Notes under the pieces: generated by a model
What the model was told of the DNA's origin: nothing
The model's input: the letters and a program-made list of their open reading frames with translations, nothing else
Database searches by the model: none
NCBI GenBank assembly: GCA_965242965.1
Contig: OZ251518.1
Location: 1 to 64,000, forward strand
Length of the DNA stretch: 64,000 nucleotides
Direction: 5' to 3'
Source of the DNA: Candidatus Poribacteria bacterium
GTDB taxonomy: Bacteria > Poribacteria > WGA-4E > WGA-3G
Made by a program: the position numbers and the translations under genes
Shown: one piece after another, positions 9,684 to 20,340 of the stretch
Layout: each line of letters opens with the position of its first letter
How positions within the stretch are numbered: the first letter of the stretch is position 1

Positions 9684-10667
9684 ATGAAAATCGGCGCGAT
9701 GCTTGTTCAAAAAAGAAAAGGCTCCATTCAACTTCTGTTCCTCTGCGTCATGTTCTGCTTGTCGGCTTGTGTCGATTTGGTTGGCGACAGGAAGAACGCG
9801 GTGAATAATGCCTTGCACGCTGCCGCGAATCCGCCAAAATTTGATGCGCAAAGTGCTTTTGCCTACTTAGAAAAACAGTGCGAATTCGGCCCGAGGCCGC
9901 CCGGCACAGCCGCGCATCGAAAAACGCAGGAGTATCTATTCGTCGAACTCCAGAAATATGCAGATACCGCGGTGTTGCAGCCACTCCAATTTCAGGCAAA
10001 GACTGAAAAATTGCATCTCAACAACATTTTGGCGGAGTTCGGAAAAGTAGGGGGAGAGACACTGCTATTAGCGGCGCACTGGGATACGCGGCCCATGGCA
10101 GACCTGGATGCCACGCCAGAGAATCGGGATAAACCGATTTTGGGGGCAAACGATGGCGCGTCTGGCGTTGCTGTCCTCTTGGAAATCGCGCGAATCTTAA
10201 AGGAACATCCGCCGCAGCGTCGGGTTATTATTGTTCTTTTTGATGGGGAAGATTACGGCGGCACCATTGACGAAATGTTCATCGGCTCACGCTTCTTCGC
10301 CAAATCAATGACAACACGCCTCTACCAGCGATGGAAGCCCGACTACGGCATTCTGTTAGACATGGTAGGCGACAAGGATTTGCAACTGCCGATAGAAGGG
10401 TTCTCTTGGAACGCCAATCGCCAATTCGCTGAGGTATTGTGGGACCGCGCTCGCGAATTGGGGCTGACGGTATTTCAACACCGCGTCGGTCCGCGCATTA
10501 TGGATGACCACGTGCCGTTAATTCAGGCTGGCATCCCGATGGTAAATATCATTGATTTCACCTATCCGCCTTGGCATACGCTTGAAGATACAGTGGACAA
10601 ATGTAGCCCGAAGAGTTTAGAGATTGTCGGAACGCTCATGCTCAGCGTCATTTATCAAGGGCTTTGA
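9684..10667 (+). CDS. M28 family peptidase / glutaminyl cyclase-like lipoprotein
   Basis: AHWDTRP, GANDGASG, DGED, LLDMVG, DDH, WHT, lipobox-like LSAC. Confidence 0.87.
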   Translation: MKIGAMLVQKRKGSIQLLFLCVMFCLSACVDLVGDRKNAVNNALHAAANPPKFDAQSAFAYLEKQCEFGPRPPGTAAHRKTQEYLFVELQKYADTAVLQPLQFQAKTEKLHLNNILAEFGKVGGETLLLAAHWDTRPMADLDATPENRDKPILGANDGASGVAVLLEIARILKEHPPQRRVIIVLFDGEDYGGTIDEMFIGSRFFAKSMTTRLYQRWKPDYGILLDMVGDKDLQLPIEGFSWNANRQFAEVLWDRARELGLTVFQHRVGPRIMDDHVPLIQAGIPMVNIIDFTYPPWHTLEDTVDKCSPKSLEIVGTLMLSVIYQGL

Positions 10668-10687
10668 AAACCGAAACGCGGTGAAAC

Positions 10688-12577
10688 ATGACAACAGCCT
10701 CAAAATACGAAAAACATTACGATGTCATCGTTGTCGGTGCGGGCCACGCGGGCTGTGAAGCCGCACTCGCCGCCGCGCGCATGGGGTGCGAAACGCTTGT
10801 CGTGACTATCAACCTCGATACTATCGCCAAGATGTCTTGCAATCCAGCCATCGGCGGCTTAGCAAAGGGGCATCTCGTCAAAGAGATAGACGCGCTCGGC
10901 GGCGAAATGGCGAAAAATATCGACAAGACCGGGATTCAATTCCGACGTTTGAATACCAAAAAGGGCCCCGCGGTGCGTGCCAGCCGCGCGCAAGCCGACA
11001 AGAAGGCGTATCAAGATGAGATGAAGCGCGTCATGGAAGCGCAAGAACACCTTGACATCAAGCAGGTGTTGGTGGAAGAGTTGCTGGTGGAAGATGGCCG
11101 CTGCATCGGCATTCTGAGCCAAACCAAAACCGCTTATCTAGCGGAGACGGTAATCCTCACAACTGGCACCTTCCTGAAAGGCTTGATTCACATTGGGGAT
11201 GTCTCCTATAGTGCCGGCCGCGCAGGTGAATCCGCCGCAGAGAAACTTTCTGAGAGTTTTTTGAGTCTCGGCTTTGAGATTGGCAGGCTCAAAACTGGCA
11301 CGCCGCCGCGTGTCAATGCACATACCGTCGATTTCAGCGTCATGGAAATTCAGCCGGGCGACGAAGAACCGCTGCCCTTCTCGTTTTCAACCGAACGGAT
11401 TAGTCAGCTGCAGCTGCCTTGTTATCTCACGCATACGAACGAAAAAACCCACGCACTGATTCAAGAGAATCTGCACCGTTCGGCAATGTATAGCGGCCGC
11501 ATCGTCGGTATCGGGCCCCGATATTGTCCCTCAATTGAGGATAAAGTGGTGCGGTTTGCGGAAAAGAACTCGCACCAGGTCTTCGTGGAACCAGAGGGAC
11601 GCAACACCGATGAAATTTACCTCAACGGTATCTCCGCCAGTTTGCCGGAGGACGTGCAGGTGGCGATGGTGCATAGCATCAGGGGGTTAGAGAACGCCGA
11701 AATCATGCGATTCGGATATGCCGTTGAATACGATTTTGCACCGGCAACGCAACTCAAGCCGACGCTTGAGACGAAGCGCGTTGAAAACCTCTACTTCGCC
11801 GGACAACTCAACGGCACCACCGGTTACGAAGAAGCCGCCGCACAAGGCCTCATGGCTGGCATCAACGCCGCCTTAAAGGTGCAGGGAAAGACACCTTTCA
11901 TCCTTGACAGGGCACAAGCATACATTGCCGTCCTCATCGATGATCTGGTGTCAATGGACATTCGCGAACCTTACCGGATGTTTACCTCGCGCGCAGAATA
12001 CCGGTTGGAATTACGGGAGGACAACGCCGACTTGCGGCTAACGGAACTCGGCAGGCAGATTGGCCTTGTCGACGACGACGCGTACCGCCGGTACCAAACA
12101 AAAGCGGCGCAAATTCAGTCCGAACGGACGCGGTTGCATCGCACCGTGCTGAAACCGACACCTGATAGGCTCAACGCGACAGATTTCGTGGACATTCTTG
12201 AGACAGGAGAGCTGAAGAGACCGACATCGTTGGCAGAACTTCTGAAACGGCCTGCACTTCGCTATGAACAGATTGCTCGCCTCGCGCCACCACAGGATGC
12301 ACTGCCACCGGCAGTCAAGGAACAGGTAGAAATTCAGATTAAATACGATGGATACATCCAGCGGCAGCAGCGGCAAATTCACCAGTTTAAGAAACTGGAA
12401 AATTTCCGCATTCCGGAAGCGTTTGACTACGCCGACGTTCCGGGGTTAAAAACGGAGGCGCGCGAGAAACTGACAAGGATTCGTCCAGCATCTATCGGAC
12501 AAGCCTCTCGTCTGCCCGGCGTTTCCCCGGCAGACATTTCTATCTTGACGGTGATGCTGCATCAAAGGGAAAAATAG
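10688..12577 (+). CDS. mnmG: tRNA uridine 5-carboxymethylaminomethyl modification enzyme
   Basis: [42 protein letters not shown]. Confidence 0.97.
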   Translation: MTTASKYEKHYDVIVVGAGHAGCEAALAAARMGCETLVVTINLDTIAKMSCNPAIGGLAKGHLVKEIDALGGEMAKNIDKTGIQFRRLNTKKGPAVRASRAQADKKAYQDEMKRVMEAQEHLDIKQVLVEELLVEDGRCIGILSQTKTAYLAETVILTTGTFLKGLIHIGDVSYSAGRAGESAAEKLSESFLSLGFEIGRLKTGTPPRVNAHTVDFSVMEIQPGDEEPLPFSFSTERISQLQLPCYLTHTNEKTHALIQENLHRSAMYSGRIVGIGPRYCPSIEDKVVRFAEKNSHQVFVEPEGRNTDEIYLNGISASLPEDVQVAMVHSIRGLENAEIMRFGYAVEYDFAPATQLKPTLETKRVENLYFAGQLNGTTGYEEAAAQGLMAGINAALKVQGKTPFILDRAQAYIAVLIDDLVSMDIREPYRMFTSRAEYRLELREDNADLRLTELGRQIGLVDDDAYRRYQTKAAQIQSERTRLHRTVLKPTPDRLNATDFVDILETGELKRPTSLAELLKRPALRYEQIARLAPPQDALPPAVKEQVEIQIKYDGYIQRQQRQIHQFKKLENFRIPEAFDYADVPGLKTEAREKLTRIRPASIGQASRLPGVSPADISILTVMLHQREK

Positions 12578-12622
12578 CCGCAACAACACGAAGAAGACAG
12601 AATCCCTGCGGAGAGAAATGAC

Positions 12623-13360
12623 GTGCCACCGACGCGTTGCAAGCAACAGAAATTTGCAGAACAGTTAAAGCAGACGTTCAGCCGGCACCGGTTCCCGCTC
12701 AGCGCGCGGCAGGTAGAACAATTGACGCGGTATCGCACCGAATTGCGCCGGTGGAACGCGGTAATGAACCTCACCACAATCACTGAAGATGTGGAGATAC
12801 TGGAGAAACACTTTCTTGATTCGCTCAGCGTTCTGAACCATATCACGCTAACTGCCGATGACGCTGTCATTGACATCGGAACCGGCGCGGGGTTTCCGGG
12901 AGTTGTGCTTAAAATATACGTTCCCGACATTCGGCTAACCCTCGTTGAGGCATCACAGAAGAAGGTAAGTTTCCTCAAATTCCTCATCTCAGAATTGGGG
13001 TTAGATGGGACTATCGTCTTGGCATCGCGCGCCGAAGAGTGCGCGCAGCAACCGGTGCATACCGGTGCTTACGATTGGGTCGCGACGCGTTACGTCGCTT
13101 CACTTGCTGAGTCCGCTGAATATTGCGTGCCGCTGCTCAAACCGAATGGAAAGTGGGTGGCTTACAAATCTAGCCCGGTGCTTTCTACGGAAATTCGCGA
13201 CAGCGAGGAAAGATTAAAAGCCCTCGGCAGTACGGTGGAAACCGTTTTTTCAGGTGAAAACAGCAGCGAGGAACACACTCGCAGTTATATTGTCGTGCGC
13301 CGACTGAACGCGGCATCATTCTCAAAGGAGGAGCGTGAAAGAAAACGCTATGAATTTTGA
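12623..13360 (+). CDS. rsmG: 16S rRNA m7G527 methyltransferase
   Basis: MNLTTI, HFLDSL, DIGTGAGFPG, follows mnmG. Confidence 0.93.
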   Translation: MPPTRCKQQKFAEQLKQTFSRHRFPLSARQVEQLTRYRTELRRWNAVMNLTTITEDVEILEKHFLDSLSVLNHITLTADDAVIDIGTGAGFPGVVLKIYVPDIRLTLVEASQKKVSFLKFLISELGLDGTIVLASRAEECAQQPVHTGAYDWVATRYVASLAESAEYCVPLLKPNGKWVAYKSSPVLSTEIRDSEERLKALGSTVETVFSGENSSEEHTRSYIVVRRLNAASFSKEERERKRYEF

Positions 13361-13688
13361 TATAACGACACGTGAGCAAAATATCTCTGTCCTTCATATT
13401 GAGGGGAAAATCATCGGCAGTATCGCGGATAGTTTTCAGCGTGCGATGGAAACGCAGCTGGAGGAAGGGAACAAGCACCTTGTCATCGAGCTCACGAATG
13501 TCCCCTTGATTGACAGCAGTGCCCTTGGTGCCATCATTCTGACGGTGCAGGGCTTCCGAGAATCGGGTGGGAAATTGGTTTTGCTCAACCCACAGCGGGC
13601 GGTTCGGGACATATTGGAGGTGACACACCTCGCGTCTGTCCTTGAAATCTACGATACGGAAGAAAGCGCGCTGTCCGCTTTTTCCTAA
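13350..13688 (+). CDS. STAS anti-sigma factor antagonist
   Basis: LIDSSALG phospho-acceptor motif. Confidence 0.88.
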   Translation: MNFDITTREQNISVLHIEGKIIGSIADSFQRAMETQLEEGNKHLVIELTNVPLIDSSALGAIILTVQGFRESGGKLVLLNPQRAVRDILEVTHLASVLEIYDTEESALSAFS

Positions 13689-13726
13689 CCGGCAACGAAA
13701 TCAAACGCATTGCGAACGACGAAAAA

Positions 13727-16096
13727 ATGCCATTCAACCAACACGCTTTATCGAACGCACTGCGAACAACGAAAATCGGTTTACGCGGACAACAGATTAT
13801 CCTGTTCCTATTCGTTTCACTGATGCCCCTATTCGCTGTCTCACTCACCATCAAAGTGCTTGGTGAGAACGCTTTGAAGGGTAGCGTTGGCGACAGTCTC
13901 GTGCTATTAGCGCAAGAGAAACTCCATCGCGCAGATCTTGCCATCTCCGAGAAGATGGCGAACATCTACGACGAACTTCCGAACTTGACAAGTGCCGTCG
14001 TCTTCTCCAACAGCGCGAAGGGAAAAGAGGCAGTCTTTTTCGCAGCGTGGGAACGCCTAGAAGATAGCATCCGACTGCTTGAGGCGTATGCAGGTTACGG
14101 CAGTGAGGTAACGATTACGAACGCGGCGGGATACGTGCTGCGCTCAAACCAACCGGAGGTGGATTACCGCCAGAAAGGGCAAATGCCGCATCGCGTCAAT
14201 CACAACGATTGGTGGCAAAGTGCCTATAACAACGGGCTCGGTTACCCTTTCCTTACCGATGTCACTTATGACGAAGCGCGAGACGTGCATGTCCTACGGA
14301 TGGCACTGCCAATCAAAAAAGGGAAAAGGGCTGTCGGCGTGTTGAAAACGGAGCTCTTGCTGCCGGAACTCACGCATCTGGTAGAATTGCAACCCGGCAC
14401 CGAAGAGACATACACCTTTTTGACAACCAGCTCCGGCACAATTCTCGGCGCATCGCCAGGGAGCGGCTACACACGCGGCGGTTATGAAATGAGCAATGCC
14501 GTCACAGCCGCAATCGTTGAGGCGAAGCGGGGGAAAACCGGCAGGTATTCTGGGTATGAATCGGATGGCGAAGACGATAACTTTGGGGAAGCGCGCGTCT
14601 ATGGATGGGCTCGGACGCAGCCTGGACTGTCGGCACCGTGGAAGGCGCAACAAAACTTTAGCAAATGGATGGTTTTCGTTTCACGGCCCGTCGCATCTGC
14701 CTACGCCGCAGTGGCGAAGCTGAACCGATATATCTTTTACGTAACCCTCGTCTCGGCGGTTCTCGTCATTCTTATTGCATGGTGGGTTGCGCAGCGGATT
14801 ACGAAGCCTATCATGCAAGTCGCACAGGCCGCGCATGATATCGGACAGGGAGAATTTGAGGGAGATGCCGCGCACAACTTACAACGCGCTTCTGAAACCG
14901 CCGTTGATACCGACACCGAAGTCGGCATCCTCGTCGAAGAATTCAAAACGATGCGGCAAAACTTGAAAAATGCCGTTGAAGAACTTACGAGGAAGGAAAA
15001 GAAACTCACGACGATTGTCGAAAACCTCGGCGAAGGACTCATCGTTGTTGATGAAACCGACCGGGTTTTGTATGTCAATCCGGTTGCGGAAACGCTGTTT
15101 AATCTCGGCGATACGGGCGACTATGAGAATTTCGCATCGGTAGACACAGAAACAGGCAAGATGTATTGGCGGAAGCACACAACGTCAGAGGAAGCACCTA
15201 TCACCCTCACGGCGGATTTCAACGTGCTTTCCGCAGCACAGCGAGAAGCGACGCAACACCAGACTTTCGTTGCCAAAGTCAATGACAGCCGCATCCTCCG
15301 CATCGTGGCGAGTCAATTTTCTGATGAAAGTCACAACGTCGCTGGCACCGTGTATGTTTTTGACGACATCACGCACGAATATGAAATTGACACGATGAAG
15401 TCGGAGTTTGTCTCCCTCGTCTCGCATGAGTTGCGAACGCCGCTTACCTCTATCATCGGATTTATTTCGCTCATCCTTGATGGAAAGATGGGGGCAGTTA
15501 ACGAAAAGCAGCACGAGAGTCTGAGCCGCGCACATCGTCAATCCAAACGATTGGCTGCGCTCATCAATGATCTCCTTGATGTCTCGCGTATCGAAGCGGG
15601 ACGCATTGAAATGAAGCAGGAACGGATTCACGTCGCGCGAATCGCAAAACAGCGCATCGAGGAACTTCGTCCGCAAGCGGATGAGAAGGCAATCACCCTG
15701 TTCCTGAAGGTGCAACGCAATCTGCCACTGATGACAGGCGATGCAGACAGGATGGGACAGGTTTTTATCAACCTCATCGGCAATGCAATTAAATTTACGC
15801 CGCATCAAGGCAGAATTACCGTCAAAATATCGTCCACGGATGCAACCGAACTTCCGCGGCGGCTGCATATCGAAGTAATTGATACCGGCCCCGGCATCCC
15901 TGCGGAGGAACGGGCAAAGGTGTTTGACAAGTTCCATCAACTCGGAAATGTCCAAACCCGGCAACAAGGCGGCACAGGGTTAGGGCTCGGTATTGCCGCC
16001 GCGATAGTTGACGCACACGGCGGAAAATTATGGGTGGATGCAGGCGATAATGGACAAGGAAGCAATTTCCAGTTCTTTATCCCCTTAACTGAATAG
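13727..16096 (+). CDS. Sensor histidine kinase (extracellular Cache-like, HAMP, PAS, HisKA, HATPase)
   Basis: Two TMs, SHELRTPLT, NAIKFT, DTGPGI, GGTGLGL. Confidence 0.92.
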   Translation: MPFNQHALSNALRTTKIGLRGQQIILFLFVSLMPLFAVSLTIKVLGENALKGSVGDSLVLLAQEKLHRADLAISEKMANIYDELPNLTSAVVFSNSAKGKEAVFFAAWERLEDSIRLLEAYAGYGSEVTITNAAGYVLRSNQPEVDYRQKGQMPHRVNHNDWWQSAYNNGLGYPFLTDVTYDEARDVHVLRMALPIKKGKRAVGVLKTELLLPELTHLVELQPGTEETYTFLTTSSGTILGASPGSGYTRGGYEMSNAVTAAIVEAKRGKTGRYSGYESDGEDDNFGEARVYGWARTQPGLSAPWKAQQNFSKWMVFVSRPVASAYAAVAKLNRYIFYVTLVSAVLVILIAWWVAQRITKPIMQVAQAAHDIGQGEFEGDAAHNLQRASETAVDTDTEVGILVEEFKTMRQNLKNAVEELTRKEKKLTTIVENLGEGLIVVDETDRVLYVNPVAETLFNLGDTGDYENFASVDTETGKMYWRKHTTSEEAPITLTADFNVLSAAQREATQHQTFVAKVNDSRILRIVASQFSDESHNVAGTVYVFDDITHEYEIDTMKSEFVSLVSHELRTPLTSIIGFISLILDGKMGAVNEKQHESLSRAHRQSKRLAALINDLLDVSRIEAGRIEMKQERIHVARIAKQRIEELRPQADEKAITLFLKVQRNLPLMTGDADRMGQVFINLIGNAIKFTPHQGRITVKISSTDATELPRRLHIEVIDTGPGIPAEERAKVFDKFHQLGNVQTRQQGGTGLGLGIAAAIVDAHGGKLWVDAGDNGQGSNFQFFIPLTE

Positions 16097-16127
16097 CATC
16101 AAAAACGGATTACGTAAAGGAACGTCA

Positions 16128-17399
16128 ATGCACCAACCAACGTCTCCGAACGCATTGCGAACAACAGAAGAAACGATTTTGGTTGTGGACGACGATATCG
16201 ACATCGTTGAACTGCTCAAGATAAGTTTGGAATCCGATGGATTTAATGTGCACACCGCCTGCGATGGCGCAAGCGGCTTGGAAATAGCGTGGGCAAATGT
16301 GCCAGACCTGGTTCTTCTTGACATCATGATGCCGCATAAGGACGGCTTCCAAGTCCTCAAGGAGCTCCGGGAAAACGAAAAAACAGAAGCGGTGCCTGTC
16401 ATTCTGCTCACGGCGCGCGGGCAAACGGAAGATAAAGTGCGCGGCTTGGATACAGGTGCCGACGACTATATCACGAAACCGTTTGACTTGCGGGAAGTTA
16501 CCGCGCGGGTTGAGGCTGTCTTGGGCAGAACACGCCCGATCAAATATATCAATCCGCTCATGAAAGCAATGGGCGACGGATTCAGTGAAGAAGGCGTAGA
16601 AAAACTCGCGGGGCACCTTGAGGCGGCAGCGGCGATTCAGCGGAAATTGTTACCGGAAAAGGCACCGAGTTTGCCGGGGTTTGATATCGCGACGCTGCTG
16701 CAAAGTTCAACATCTGTCTCCGGCGACTTCTACGATTTCATTCCGCTCAGCGAGAAGCACATCGGCATTGTCCTCGGTGACGTAAAGGGGAGCGGGATTC
16801 CGGCGGCTCTCGTCATGGTGATGATTCGGACTGCGCTGCGGTTGCTCTGTGACGAAGCGATGAACCGAAAAAACGTCGTTCCGTATCAAGATCCGGCCGC
16901 AGTAATCAAACGGATTAACGATTTGTTGGTGCGCGATACCGACGTTGAACTCTTTGCAACGATGATTTACGGTGTTTTGGATACAGCGGATGCCACTTTC
17001 ACCTATACGAACGGTGGGCACTGCTATCCACTGCACTATAAGCATCACACGGGCGAAATTGATTTTCTAGAGACATCTGGGATGTTGGTAGGGGCTTTTG
17101 AGGAAGCGGCGTTTACGACGACGACTTGCACTCTCGCCCCAGGCGATATCCTCATCGCTTATACCGATGGAATCACTGAAGCGGAGGGACCGCCGGATAT
17201 ATTTTACGGCGAAGAAAGGCTCGCCGCTTGTCTCGCAAAGCACGCCGCCGGTGGGAAACTCGCACCAACGGCGTTCTGCGAACTTGTCCAAAATGACCTG
17301 GCGCGGTTCAGTGGCAGCACGCAACCGAGCGATGACCGCGCCTTAGTTGTCATCAAAAACGAACTGAGGAATGAGCGTCTCGTTCGCTATTCCTCTTGA
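16128..17399 (+). CDS. Receiver domain-PP2C (SpoIIE/RsbU-type) phosphatase
   Basis: VVDDD/LLDIMMP/TKPF receiver, then VSGDFYD, GDVKGSG, YTDGITE, DD motifs. Confidence 0.92.
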   Translation: MHQPTSPNALRTTEETILVVDDDIDIVELLKISLESDGFNVHTACDGASGLEIAWANVPDLVLLDIMMPHKDGFQVLKELRENEKTEAVPVILLTARGQTEDKVRGLDTGADDYITKPFDLREVTARVEAVLGRTRPIKYINPLMKAMGDGFSEEGVEKLAGHLEAAAAIQRKLLPEKAPSLPGFDIATLLQSSTSVSGDFYDFIPLSEKHIGIVLGDVKGSGIPAALVMVMIRTALRLLCDEAMNRKNVVPYQDPAAVIKRINDLLVRDTDVELFATMIYGVLDTADATFTYTNGGHCYPLHYKHHTGEIDFLETSGMLVGAFEEAAFTTTTCTLAPGDILIAYTDGITEAEGPPDIFYGEERLAACLAKHAAGGKLAPTAFCELVQNDLARFSGSTQPSDDRALVVIKNELRNERLVRYSS

Positions 17400-17478
17400 T
17401 AGATAGCATTGCCTCAGCAATCTGATGAGGCAAAACCAACGGTTGGCACTAGTGCCAGACCTAAAAAGGAGTTGAAAC

Positions 17479-17910
17479 GTGGGCGAGCAGGTCATCACCC
17501 TTTCTCTCCCAAGCTCAATGCAACATGTTTCCCTGCTGGATGTCGTCATCACCGAAATTCTGCGCGAGATGGATTTCGGGGAGGAGCATCTGATGCAGGT
17601 AAATCTGGCTGTCATTGAAGCGGGCACAAACGCAATCAAGCACGGCAATAAAGAAGACCCGGGCAAACGGGCCGATTTTCAGTTCATTCTCTCCGATGAG
17701 AAACTGACGATTATCGTCCAAGACCAGGGCCCCGGATTCACGCGCAAAGAAGTCGCTGACCCGCTCGACCCGGCCAACTTGCTCAAAAGTAGCGGGAGAG
17801 GCATTTTCCTCATGGAAGAGTGCATGGATTCTGTGGACTTTGATGCCAACGGCACCATTGTCAAAATGGTGAAATACACGAACACACCGGATCCCGATGG
17901 AATTCGGTAG
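17479..17910 (+). CDS. Anti-sigma factor Ser/Thr kinase (RsbW-like)
   Basis: EAGTNAIKHG, DQGPGF, GRGIFLM. Confidence 0.9.
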   Translation: MGEQVITLSLPSSMQHVSLLDVVITEILREMDFGEEHLMQVNLAVIEAGTNAIKHGNKEDPGKRADFQFILSDEKLTIIVQDQGPGFTRKEVADPLDPANLLKSSGRGIFLMEECMDSVDFDANGTIVKMVKYTNTPDPDGIR

Positions 17911-17964
17911 GGAGACTGCTCTTCCGAAACGCCGAGAAGAACAGTCCTCTCACATCGCTCATGA

Positions 17965-18321
17965 ATGGAGCATCCTATGCAAATCAACATTCGCCGCAAA
18001 GGGAGCGTGACGATACTGGATATTGAAGGGAAAATTATCGGGACAGATACCCTGGCACTGAAAGATGCTATTGAGCAGCAGCTTGAGGCCGCACCGAATG
18101 GCAAACTCAATCTGATCTTGAATATGGCGCGTGTCCAGATGATGGATAGTTCCGGGTTGGGCGTTCTCGTCGCCTCCTATTCCTCTATCAAACGGAATGA
18201 TGGACGCATCGTGCTGCTCAATCTGGGAGGAAACATCAGAAGCCTCATCGTCATGGCAAAACTGGTGACAATCTTCGACCGGTATGATACCGAAGCCGAA
18301 GCGATAGCCAGTTTCTTGTAG
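17965..18321 (+). CDS. STAS anti-sigma factor antagonist
   Basis: MMDSSGLG motif. Confidence 0.9.
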   Translation: MEHPMQINIRRKGSVTILDIEGKIIGTDTLALKDAIEQQLEAAPNGKLNLILNMARVQMMDSSGLGVLVASYSSIKRNDGRIVLLNLGGNIRSLIVMAKLVTIFDRYDTEAEAIASFL

Positions 18322-18334
18322 GAGGTTTCCCTTC

Positions 18335-19105
18335 ATGGAAGCACGTCCGCTACCGTCCAGTGTGAAAGACACCGAACAGAGCGGCAGCCTCTGGCATAAG
18401 TGCGCTGCTTGCAACGAATTCGTCTTCAGAAGCGAGCTTGAACGCAACTTCTATATCTGCGCCTATTGCGGCAGTCTGTTCTCACTCGCTGTTGAAAAGC
18501 GGTGCCAGCATCTGCTTGATAATCTTGATAATCTTGACAATCTTGATAATCTTGACAATCTTGACAGTCGCGATGTAGCATTCAAGCCGGACGATGCAGT
18601 GGCACTCGCGGGGACCCTCGCTGGATATCCTATCAGTCTGTTTGTTGCAAAACCGGGTGCTATACCGACACAGGCTCACTTGGAAATCCTCCTCGCGGCC
18701 ACTAACACCGCTGTGAAGGAACGGGTGCCGCTCATCACCGTTGTCAGTGCACGATGCACCGCGGACACGTCTCCAAATCAAATCGGATTTGCGGAAACTG
18801 CCTACGTGACAGCGGAAATGGAGCAGCTTGCGGCGGTACCGCTGCCACACATTACCGTGTTGACAGAAACGGACGCTGTCCCACTCACAACGCACTTTCC
18901 TGTCGGAGAGTTAGTTCTTGCCGAACGCGCGCAGGAGAAAAAAAACGGTTCAACGCTCAAACCTGCCTTACACGCGCCGGAAGAGCAGCACTTGGAAACC
19001 CAAACGTCAGAAAACTGCTCAGTCGCCGATATCTGTGTCGACCGGTATGTCACACGAACGGAACTGCCTAGCGTCTTAGGAAAGTTACTTAAGTTTTTTC
19101 GGTAA
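18335..19105 (+). CDS. AccD-like zinc-ribbon protein with a degenerate carboxyltransferase domain
   Basis: LWHKCAAC..YICAYCG N-terminus, lacks the GSMG and SGGARMQEG motifs. Confidence 0.6.
   Translation: MEARPLPSSVKDTEQSGSLWHKCAACNEFVFRSELERNFYICAYCGSLFSLAVEKRCQHLLDNLDNLDNLDNLDNLDSRDVAFKPDDAVALAGTLAGYPISLFVAKPGAIPTQAHLEILLAATNTAVKERVPLITVVSARCTADTSPNQIGFAETAYVTAEMEQLAAVPLPHITVLTETDAVPLTTHFPVGELVLAERAQEKKNGSTLKPALHAPEEQHLETQTSENCSVADICVDRYVTRTELPSVLGKLLKFFR
18515..18566 (+). repeat. In-frame 9-bp tandem repeat (NLD)n
   Basis: CTTGA(T/C)AAT repeated about six times. Confidence 0.85.
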
Positions 19106-19107
19106 AT

Positions 19108-20340
19108 ATGAACCAACATGCTTTGTGCGACGCGCACGTTCAGGAATTTCATCACATTTTCGGTGGGGCACCGGATTTCATCGCCGCTGCCCCCGGCAGA
19201 GTGAACCTCATCGGCGAGCATACGGACTACAACGACGGCTACGTGTTTCCCGTTGCAATCGATAAGTCTGTCCACATCGTCGCGCGCCGGCGTGAGGACA
19301 GCCGCGTTAGACTGCACGCCTTAGATGCCGAAAGGAAGCAAGCTTCCGCGGGGCAACGCTCGCGCTTTTGCAAGAGGCGTAACCGTTATGAATTCAGCCT
19401 CGCGACACTCGGCGATGAAACGGAGGTTTCCGCGCCTGCATGGAGCAAATATCTCGTCGGGGTAGCGACGCTTTTACAGAACTCTGGCAGGACGTTACGT
19501 GGGATAGATGCGCTCATCACAGGGGATGTTCCGATTGGGGCAGGGTTGAGTTCCTCAGCTGCACTGACGGTTTCCGCTGCCCTCGCGTTTTTAACCGCTA
19601 GCGGTTCGGAAATGGACAGAAGGGAGTTGGCATCGCTGTGTCAGCGCGTCGAACACGAATTTGTGGGAGTGAAGTGCGGCATCATGGATCAGACAATCTC
19701 CCTATTGGGTAGGGCGGACCACGGTTTATTCCTTGACTGCCGTTCGTTGGAGCATACGCATGTTCCGCTCAATTTAGGCGAACACGTCATTGTCATTTGC
19801 AACACGAAAGTGAAACGTGAACTCGCCGCTTCCGAATACAACAAACGGCGCGCCGAATGTGAAAAAGGGGTGAGCGTCCTCAAAAGGTGGCTCCCCGACA
19901 TTTCATCGCTTCGGGATGTGGATTTAACCGATTTTGAAAATTATGAAGAAGCACTGCCGTTTTTGACACAAAAGAGGTGTCGGTATGTGCTTGAAGAGAA
20001 TGCGCGCGTTCAAAAGGCAATCGCCGCGCTCCAAGATGCGGATTTACCGGCGTTTGGCAGGTTCATGAACGCCTCGCACAGCGGCCTCCGCGATGATTAT
20101 GAAGTCAGTTGTAACGAATTGGATGTCCTCACAAACATTGCACGGAGCGTCCCCGGGGTTCTCGGCACTCGGATGACAGGTGCAGGGTTTGGCGGATGCA
20201 CCGTCACGCTTGCGCATCAAGACGCGGTGGAGACGTTGCATAAACGCGTGATGACAGAATACCCACAGCAAGTCGGCATTGAACCTGAAATCTATTTGTG
20301 CACTGTCGGGGATGGGGCACGCGTCAGAAAATTCTCATGA
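19108..20340 (+). CDS. galK: Galactokinase
   Basis: APGRVNLIGEHTDYN, PIGAGLSSSAA, CGIMDQ, RMTGAGFGG. Confidence 0.95.
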   Translation: MNQHALCDAHVQEFHHIFGGAPDFIAAAPGRVNLIGEHTDYNDGYVFPVAIDKSVHIVARRREDSRVRLHALDAERKQASAGQRSRFCKRRNRYEFSLATLGDETEVSAPAWSKYLVGVATLLQNSGRTLRGIDALITGDVPIGAGLSSSAALTVSAALAFLTASGSEMDRRELASLCQRVEHEFVGVKCGIMDQTISLLGRADHGLFLDCRSLEHTHVPLNLGEHVIVICNTKVKRELAASEYNKRRAECEKGVSVLKRWLPDISSLRDVDLTDFENYEEALPFLTQKRCRYVLEENARVQKAIAALQDADLPAFGRFMNASHSGLRDDYEVSCNELDVLTNIARSVPGVLGTRMTGAGFGGCTVTLAHQDAVETLHKRVMTEYPQQVGIEPEIYLCTVGDGARVRKFS

